NCBI GenBank assembly: GCA_003614675.1
Contig: ML002423.1
Coordinates: 1 to 32,386 of the forward strand
Source: Dimargaris cristalligena
Lineage: Eukaryota
Reading direction: 5' to 3'
Length of the DNA stretch: 32,386 bases
The notes beneath the pieces were generated by a model that worked only from the letters and a program-made list of their open reading frames with translations, was not told the origin of the DNA and ran no database searches. Of this stretch, positions 25,118-32,386 are shown piece after piece (position 1 is the first letter of the stretch; every line of letters starts with the position of its first letter). The position numbers and the translations under genes were made by a program.

Positions 25118-27547
25118 ATGTCTAATTCTAAAGCCCGCTCGAAACGGAAATCACGGGTCAAGGCCCGGCCCATTTACCTAGGCCTACCCGACGAGGCCGG
25201 CGATCCTCAAGCATGCAACGATGTATTCTCCACCGCATTGGGCGGCTTACCCGTAAGTCATGGGTTGCTTTTGTGGAAAACGGGTCCCGGCTAGGCTCCC
25301 CTGCCAGCCCCACTGTCTAGGCCCCGGGCCCCACGGCCAAACTTTATAATTGTCTCGGAATATTCCAAAGGTTCAACTAGCTGACAAACTACTTTTTGCT
25401 CTGAAAATTTACCGATAAACCTACATAAATATATCATATTGGTTGCTCGGCATTTTACTGCACTTACCTTTCGGCATATAGGGCTGGCTTGACGAGACCG
25501 CTTGTCCTCCGCCATCAGCATCGATCTGCGATTCCTGCGGGCAGCCTATGCCTTTAGTACTGCAAGCCTACGCCCCTATGGATACCTCCACTTATGATCG
25601 GGTACTCTATGTTTGGGGTTGCAACACATTCGACTGTGTTGGCAAACCGGGAAGGTATGCTGCATATTCATCGTGTCCTTGGTTTTTAACCAGGGTATCC
25701 TCCATTGTCTAGTTGGTTAAAAATATATACAATCTTGGCGACAACCCTCTCTACTCAAAAGTAGTGTTAGATTGCTCTTATACCCCACCTCCCCCCTATA
25801 CTGGGTCATACCACCAACCGAGTTGGTAACATTCCACTAATCATGGTGTTTTTGTACTCCCCTGGAAATGGGATTTATACTGGTTATTTTGATGATGGCA
25901 GTTTCAAAGTAGTGCGAGGCCACCAGTACAATCAAGAATACGCAGCTAAACTTAAACGGACGTCGTCCGCCAAGGCCGTGGCTCCGCCCGTCCCCGCCCC
26001 TCCAAAGGCCACGACACCCAGCCCGGCCTTTAACCTGGGTGATTTGTGGGGATCAGGATTTAAGAAACCCGATCAGGTAGTAGTAACGGCAACCCCGGTC
26101 ACAAACCGAGCAACCCCCTCACTACTGTCATCCGAGAGCGATACTAAGAACCAGGTAAGTAGAATTGGGTTTTGATAAGGACTGTGGATTCATTCCCCTA
26201 ATTACAGAACCATTTAACCAAGCGTACTACTATTGGACTTTATAATGCGATACAGTCCAACCTCGATCTTTCTACTTATATTAATACTCGGGGCGTGTTT
26301 GAATATGTTCAATTGGTTCGTATGTCTGTTTATCTCCGACTATTCTACTATTCAGTCGGACGTCAATCAACTGAGTGAAAGGGTAGCCGGATTGAATGTG
26401 GACTCCGACTTTGATTCCTCCTCCGATGATTCCGATTTGGATATCGATCCGGGTCTAGCTGTCACCGCCGCCGAACCTCCGAAGAACGGCCGACGTGCCC
26501 ACGTCGGTTCGAATTTCGCCCAGGGCTCGAACCTTCGGAGTGGCGACACTGCCTTGCAAGGCCTCAGCAACCCCCTGGAGGCGGATATTCGGGCCCAGCA
26601 CCAGTCCACGGCCCAGATCCAGACCAGCCCGGAAAACAACCCGTCGTCTCGATCGGAGGGGGGGGGGCTCTACTAAGCCCCGCTGTTTGCCCGGATGCTA
26701 CTTGTACACCGAGGAGGAGGATTGGGAAGGGAATCTGCGACGCAGTATGGCCAAATACGCCGATATCATGGAAACCGACTTTGATCTGCCTCCCTCTCCT
26801 TCTACCCCAACTGCGACTGCAACGGTGGCTGTGACTACCCCTGTCACTACAACCGCGGCCCCTACCCCGGCCCGGCCGTCAACTTCCGGTGGATCGAAAA
26901 AGAAGGTGCAGAACCCTCCCCGTGCGACCAACCCGTCCCAGGGAAGCGGCGAAGATTCGGCTACATGGGCGGGTGAACAATACGAACGGGACACTCTGCC
27001 TGAAGGTATGGACAAGGGCCTTTCGGTGTTTTTGGATCGGGTCTCCCTCTGGCCCGACCAGTGCGTTCGGTACGATCTCGGAGGTACCCCCTTACTTTAT
27101 ACCCACCGGGATCCAATCACTCGGACTCTCTATCCACCTGTCACACCTCCATCGGGATCTATGTTGAAGCAACAGCCGACCCCGCCCCACCCCTCAGCTA
27201 CCACGCGTAAATACAGCACCCAAAACCTTCCGGCGTGCCAGTACTGTGGAACTGCCCGTGTCTTTGAATGCCAAATCATGCCCAATACTCTATTGGTTCT
27301 GGAAACTGAACGTAGAGCCCGCCAGCAGACGGCCTCGGCCACGTCTTCGGCTAACAATAGCCAAAAGTTGAAAAAATCAAACGGAATGACAGCGGCCCAA
27401 GAATTGCCTCCTGACCTTGCATCCCAAGGCATGGAATGGGGTACGGTGCTGATATTTTCATGCCCCAACGACTGTCACCTTGGAGTCGATTCTACACACT
27501 CCGCCTTTTTCCAAGAATACGTAGTGGTTCAACTGGAGGCATTCTGA
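25118..27547 (+). CDS. TSR4: Tsr4 / PDCD2-like protein (uS5/Rps2 chaperone family); exons 25118..25252, 25482..25654, 25902..26154, 26356..27547, with an apparent one-base frameshift at G10 (26658-26667); about 583 aa if corrected
   Basis: Spliced N-terminus LGGLP/GWL..CDSCGQPMPLVLQAYAP..DRVLYVWGCN..C..GSFKVVRG, and PDCD2_C domain (GEQYE, PDQCVRYDLGGTPLL, CQYCGTARVFECQIMP, MEWGTVLIFSC..C..EYVVVQLE). No MYND finger is seen, which favours TSR4/PDCD2L over PDCD2. Confidence 0.88.
25253..25481 (+). other. TSR4 intron 1, 229 nt, phase 0
   Basis: GTAAGT donor and ATATAG acceptor; restores the conserved GGLPxWL. Confidence 0.88.
25655..25901 (+). other. TSR4 intron 2, 247 nt, phase 2
   Basis: GTATGC donor, CACTAAT branch candidate (25835-25841) and GGCAG acceptor; gives KPG-S-FKVVRG. 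Confidence 0.85.
26155..26355 (+). other. TSR4 intron 3, 201 nt, phase 0
   Basis: CAG|GTAAGT donor and TTCAG acceptor after a pyrimidine-rich, AG-free stretch; composition shifts from AT-rich to coding-like at 26356. Confidence 0.75.
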
Positions 27548-28314
27548 CCAGATTAACTAATTTTAAAAGCTTTAATTCAATGCTGAGCGAATTAGTTGAT
27601 TCCAGCCAACTTATTATTCGGCAATATATCTAATAAACCCCTATTTGACGCCTAACCATTCTGTCATTTATTTAGCTTGAGGGTGCGCTAAGCCTATCCT
27701 TTTATTACAACATACAAAATACCTAAAAGAACCCAGCCTCCATATTCTGAATTGTATAATTTGCAAGGATATTTGACTATTATTTAATTAGACGAGGCCA
27801 ATTACAGGGCTAATTTAGTAATGCAAATCGACGTGGATGGGTGTAACGCCAAAAATTTCAGACTCGATGAGTATTAGTGAATGTAAGAGTATATGTACGG
27901 CTGGATATAAAAAAGGGGATCCGAGAGATGGCGAGAGTGGTAGGGGATTACAACATGGGCGAATACCAAATGGTAGAAAAATAAAAGAACAATGCACAAA
28001 GTACTGATCGTATACTACGGAATAGCCGGGGGATAAATAAACAGCGGTGAATGGGGGTGGGGCAAGAACGTATACTTAGTAGAGTTCAAGATACAGTTCG
28101 GCCATAAAGAAATTATAGGATTTGGATAGGTAATAGAGGTAGGGGTATCAGTCGCGTAGCATAGATCAGTGACTCCGACGAATCCTGATTGTCCAATGCT
28201 ATTCAAACATTACCCATAGAGCAGCTAGTCAGTAGTATTGAGCGAGTTTCAATCAATGCCAAGGGGTATGTAATTGGGAATTGCAGATACAGCAAACGGT
28301 GCCTACCAATTCCG

Positions 28315-31300
28315 TCAGGCATGGTAATGGGATGGATAGTTATAATTAGGCACGGCGTACCGTGGTCCACGGAGGTGGGGGTTGCTGGGGGCGGAGTATC
28401 CGGAAGGTCCCGAGGGGTGGGGGCGAAGCCGAGGAGTACCCGCCCCGTTGAACAAGTAGGAATGCTGAGACGGTGGGGCGGCGGCAGGTTGGGGCGAGTG
28501 GGTGGAGTAGGCCACACTCTGAGTACCTGAATACGCAGCGTAGGTAGATGGGTTTATGATATGGGTATATGGGGCACGGGATACTTGTGGAGCGCCGCCC
28601 ATCGACGGGGTTTGCCACGGGGAAGCTGAAGTGGGGGTGTCAAATGCTGAAGGAGATAGAGGAGACGGGGGGTAGGTGGTATTGGCCTGACCGGTCGCCA
28701 CGTGGGGCATGCCTGCTGGACCGACTTTGGCGGTTGGCCTTGCCTGACCGTAGCTGGCGGGGTGAGGCTCGCCACCATTCGAGGGAGTCGCTGATACTGG
28801 GATGGCCCAGCCTCCGTTTTGGGCGTACGTAGACGGGGCGGTGTAATAGGTCGAAGGTACAGAGGCAGCAACCGATGATGCAGTTCCACTAGGCTGGCCC
28901 ATATTGTACGTCGAGTACATTTGTAATTGGGCGGGTGGGGGTCCAACGCTACCGTTGGGGTACATGTAGGGTGCCTGCTGGTAATAGTGGGACGCAGCAT
29001 GAGCGGGGACAGAAGTCAGACCGGTCGCTTTGGTTTCTCCAGTTGGAGGAGGGTGGTTTTGGGTTAATGGAGAACTGGGCACCGAGGAAGCCGGCGAGGA
29101 GGACGCGACAGTCGGGCTACCCACGCCCTTCAATTTGGTTTTGGAAAGTTTGCGGGTCAATTTGTTGGGTTTATTCTGTGGACTCTCGGGAACGGCAGTC
29201 GCAACAGGCAAGGTAGGCGCAATCGCAGTCGGAGCTGGTGCTGGGGTTTGGACGGAAGCAGTAGGAACTCCGGGGGCCATAGATGTGGCGGTCCCATTGG
29301 GGTAGTAACCCGGAGGCATCATGTAATACCCCACAGGCACCATGGTGGATCCATATTGCATGTAGCTGGGGTAGTAGTACCCGGGGTAGGTATAGCCGTA
29401 ACCGTTGGATGGCATCTCAGAATGTACGCCCTCTTGCTCTACGGCCTCGTTGCTGTCGCCGTCGTCCTCTGAATTGTCTTCCTCTGAACTTCCTTCCTCA
29501 CTGTCGGTTTCATCGCTCCCGCTATCATCGGAATCTTCACTGTCACCCTCGTCATCGGAATCATCCTCTTCGGAAGACGCCAAGGCGGCTAAGCGTTCCT
29601 CGGCTAAACGGCGGGCCTCCTCCTCCATTTGTTCCTGGCGGCGCTTGACCAGAATATTTCCCGGCAAGGCCACTGGAGTTCCCACAGAATTGAACGTGTT
29701 CCCGTATACTGCCTTCTTGAGAGCCTTGGACTGGGGCTTGAAATTGGTCTTGTACTTTTTAGACCCCGGGATCAGCTCGGGCGAAAGCGGTGGCTCATCG
29801 TTTTCCATCACGATGGGTCGGGTCAAATGGCTAGCCTTCTTTCGGAAACTGACGTAGCCCTCATTCTCGGAATCACTTTCACTGGGACTAGCGTCGCTGC
29901 CGTTGGCATCCTTGACTTGGCAGGTCTTCTTATTATGAGCATTATCATCCGACTCGGATTCCGAAGAGTTCAAAGGGCGGGACGGTCCCGCTGCCGTGCT
30001 CGGTTGTCCAGCAGGGGTATCAGAATGCTGGGCGGGATCAATGTCCATTTCGGACATGGCCTGCACTATGGGCTGGGGGCTAGTGGATGACCCGGTATCG
30101 GTGGGGGCCGAGTTGGCCGGATTAATGGGGAGCTGTTCGATCATTTGGAGGGGAAACGACGGAGGGTTCCGGTTGGCCTTCGGGGTTCCAGGTCGACTGG
30201 CAAAAGGCGAAACATGAGTCTGGCCGCGGCCAATCGAGGGAGGGGGTGGAAGAGCCGACATGCTCAAACTTTCGTGTGGCAACTGGTAGAAACCACTGCC
30301 TGGCCCGTTGTTGCCCCCGGTTGCAGTAGCGGGGGGAAGTCGAGGCGTACTAGGATTTGAAGACCCGGGTGTCAAATTTATGTTGGCAAAGGGGGCTGGG
30401 TGGTGGTAGAGGGGTGCGGGGGCACCGTAGGGATGCGGCGGGGCCATCATCATTGGGTTCATGTAAGGAACGGCGGGCACGGGCTGTGTAGGATAGTTCC
30501 GGGGTACGGCCACAGGCGCGCCATTGCCTACGCTGGCCGCACTCAGGTTACCATGGTAGGTGAATTTTTTTGGGCGGGAGGCGAGTTCAGTGGCCGCACT
30601 GGCGTCGGCCTCCTTCCAAGTCGCCGATTCCTCCAGGACCGACTTGGGGTTAATCCCACTATTAACCATCCACTGGTGGATTACACCGTGGCCCTGCATG
30701 ATTTCGTTACGGTGCCGGTCTAACATACGCTGGAGAAGAACGCGCTCCTTCTCCTTGGCCAAGTGCTCCTCTTCTTGGGCCTTAGCCTTGGGATCCCGTT
30801 TGGTAGCGGCCTTTTTCTCGGCGGCCTCCTCCTCGGGTAATTTCCAGGATACCCCTTTGGATTTCTTCTCCTTGTTCTTATTTTCCTCCCTCTCCTCGTC
30901 TTCGGAGTTGTCTGCCGCCGACTCGGTCACGTCAGAATCCTCCACATCACTGTTGACCACTAGTGGCCCCCGGCGATTTTCGGCATGCGATTGGCGGACT
31001 AGCTCAGTCAGGGCAGAGATGGCCTGCAGTTGTCCCGAGGGAAGTTCGCGGAAATGGGTACCCCCATTAACAATGGGGTTGGCATTCTGGGCCAGGAATT
31101 TGCTCAGCGGGGAGGTCGAGTCGAGTAGAGCTAGTTCAATGTCGTCCTGCTCCTCAACGGTGGATTGGTCCATGATTGTATTGACGGCGGCGGCAAAAGA
31201 GTTTCTATCGGTGTCCTTATCTAGATCCAGCGCCAGGGATAGCCCATTGGCACCACCGTTCGCATCGGAGTCGTGGCCATTACCCTTCTTGGATTTCTTG

Positions 31301-32349
31301 CCAAACCTCTTACCGTCCATAGAGAGCAGTCCGCCTAACCAATTGTTCGATTTGGGGGCCTTTCCAGCGGGGGCCGGGGTGGTCTTTTGCCGAGGTTTAT
31401 CATCGTCGTCGCCACTACTGTGGACTTGGACGGATTCGGCTAGGCCGCGGGTAAGCTTAGATTCAATGGGAAACAGGGGACCGGTACCCAAGGAAGGCGG
31501 GGTCTTGGTATAATTAAAATTAAGAAGCGGTTTGGGCGGGGCTACGGGCTCCGGGGCCTTGCGATTCTGGATAGCCGATAGGACGCTACTTTGGGTAAGT
31601 TGGGGGCCAGTACCACTAGGGCCCGGCCGCCCTGGATTAGATAATTTGGAAGTATAAACCGGGCGATCACTGGCGGAAGTCGAGGTAGTCGAGTGGAGAG
31701 ACCTTTCCGCTTCGTAGAGCGGTTTACTCGGCGGTGGGTTGCCAGAGTCGACACCCAGGGCCCATTTCTCCAGTTCACTGAGATTCTGGTTTGTAGGTTC
31801 AGGGGCCTTGGCGACCTCGACAGGAGTTGCCAAGGGAAGCGGTAAAGGTTCGGCTGGAGGCGTGGTGGGGATAGGGACCTCCGTCCCCCAATCCTTGAAA
31901 ACCGCGCCAAACAAACTGCTGCGGTTGTCCAGCTGGGGGCTCGGAGGTTTGTTTGTCCTAGTGGTCATCAGGGTCGGAACCGGCTGGGCCTGAGGCCGAT
32001 TTACGTTGGAGAAAGTAGGTGAAGACGGATTAGCCAGGGGTGCCCGGCGAGGGACGGCCAAGACGGGGGCGGACATGGCGGGTGTGGCCGAGTAGAGTTG
32101 GTGTAGCGGACGGGAAGGGACCGGGGGTTCATCCAGACTGCTATGGCATGAGCCAGAGTCGTGGCCCCGGGTCGACTGACTGCCCCGGATGGATTCGGCA
32201 GTTGGGGCAGTCCCCGCGGGGGTTGAGAATAAATTGAACAACCCGGTGGGTTGTGAGGACAGACCATCTAAATTTAAATTCAAGCTCAGGTCGAGTGGAC
32301 GAGACGAATCCTTGCCGTAAAATATGGGGTCGGTGTTGATACGGGCCAT
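28315..32349 (-). CDS. Uncharacterised 1344-aa largely disordered protein (Pro/Ser-rich, acidic tracts, short coiled coils, Tyr-rich C-terminal low-complexity region); 5' end possibly truncated
   Basis: 4035-bp uninterrupted ORF with protein-like composition and no globular domain I recognise. Sequence from 2 nt upstream of the ATG onward is an inverted duplicate, so the true start is uncertain. Confidence 0.85.
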   Translation of the reverse strand: MARINTDPIFYGKDSSRPLDLSLNLNLDGLSSQPTGLFNLFSTPAGTAPTAESIRGSQSTRGHDSGSCHSSLDEPPVPSRPLHQLYSATPAMSAPVLAVPRRAPLANPSSPTFSNVNRPQAQPVPTLMTTRTNKPPSPQLDNRSSLFGAVFKDWGTEVPIPTTPPAEPLPLPLATPVEVAKAPEPTNQNLSELEKWALGVDSGNPPPSKPLYEAERSLHSTTSTSASDRPVYTSKLSNPGRPGPSGTGPQLTQSSVLSAIQNRKAPEPVAPPKPLLNFNYTKTPPSLGTGPLFPIESKLTRGLAESVQVHSSGDDDDKPRQKTTPAPAGKAPKSNNWLGGLLSMDGKRFGKKSKKGNGHDSDANGGANGLSLALDLDKDTDRNSFAAAVNTIMDQSTVEEQDDIELALLDSTSPLSKFLAQNANPIVNGGTHFRELPSGQLQAISALTELVRQSHAENRRGPLVVNSDVEDSDVTESAADNSEDEEREENKNKEKKSKGVSWKLPEEEAAEKKAATKRDPKAKAQEEEHLAKEKERVLLQRMLDRHRNEIMQGHGVIHQWMVNSGINPKSVLEESATWKEADASAATELASRPKKFTYHGNLSAASVGNGAPVAVPRNYPTQPVPAVPYMNPMMMAPPHPYGAPAPLYHHPAPFANINLTPGSSNPSTPRLPPATATGGNNGPGSGFYQLPHESLSMSALPPPPSIGRGQTHVSPFASRPGTPKANRNPPSFPLQMIEQLPINPANSAPTDTGSSTSPQPIVQAMSEMDIDPAQHSDTPAGQPSTAAGPSRPLNSSESESDDNAHNKKTCQVKDANGSDASPSESDSENEGYVSFRKKASHLTRPIVMENDEPPLSPELIPGSKKYKTNFKPQSKALKKAVYGNTFNSVGTPVALPGNILVKRRQEQMEEEARRLAEERLAALASSEEDDSDDEGDSEDSDDSGSDETDSEEGSSEEDNSEDDGDSNEAVEQEGVHSEMPSNGYGYTYPGYYYPSYMQYGSTMVPVGYYMMPPGYYPNGTATSMAPGVPTASVQTPAPAPTAIAPTLPVATAVPESPQNKPNKLTRKLSKTKLKGVGSPTVASSSPASSVPSSPLTQNHPPPTGETKATGLTSVPAHAASHYYQQAPYMYPNGSVGPPPAQLQMYSTYNMGQPSGTASSVAASVPSTYYTAPSTYAQNGGWAIPVSATPSNGGEPHPASYGQARPTAKVGPAGMPHVATGQANTTYPPSPLSPSAFDTPTSASPWQTPSMGGAPQVSRAPYTHIINPSTYAAYSGTQSVAYSTHSPQPAAAPPSQHSYLFNGAGTPRLRPHPSGPSGYSAPSNPHLRGPRYAVPNYNYPSHYHA

Positions 32350-32350
32350 T

Positions 32351-32386
32351 GGAGAAGAAATCCAAAGGGGTATCCTGGAAATTACC
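32351..32386. repeat. Perfect 36-bp inverted copy of 30836..30871, running to the window end
   Basis: The reverse complement of 32351-32386 is GGTAATTTCCAGGATACCCCTTTGGATTTCTTCTCC, identical to + strand 30836-30871. Confidence 0.95.

Noticed and set aside
25402..25410. RRPE-like TGAAAATTT (and PAC-like ATGAGCT at 24901) near the RiBi genes
   Set aside because: Imperfect matches, one of them inside an intron; expected by chance in AT-rich DNA.
26495..26657. N-terminal part of the 350-aa ORF (MPTSVRISPRAR...) as a separate gene start
   Set aside because: Non-ATG start and an Arg-rich off-frame appearance; better explained as the alternate frame upstream of the G10 shift in TSR4.
30560..31513. 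317-aa + strand ORF and other antisense or overlapping ORFs within the six genes
   Set aside because: Shadow ORFs opposite GC-rich, acidic coding sequence (Ser-rich mirror composition) with no independent evidence.

Overview
Eukaryotic window, fungal by gene content and intron style; an early-diverging lineage is my inference only. It holds six protein-coding genes: an intronless forkhead transcription factor (2906-4456, -); then, after a 13.4 kb gene-free stretch, SHP1/UBX1 (p47, +), bystin/ENP1 (-), SHQ1 (-), TSR4/PDCD2L (+), and a 1344-aa mostly disordered protein of unknown function (-) that may be 5'-truncated. I reconstructed all six GT-AG introns by hand. Main points of interest: (1) three unrelated ribosome-biogenesis genes are adjacent and share an E-box-like promoter word; (2) every intron has a 69-99 nt AG-free zone, with candidate branch points far from the 3' splice site; (3) TSR4 has a one-base frameshift at a G10 run; (4) the last 36 bp of the window are a perfect inverted copy of an internal segment of the last gene; (5) the long region upstream of the forkhead gene is rich in poly-G/poly-C and G4-type tracts. 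I could not support any tRNA, rRNA, CRISPR array or intact mobile element.
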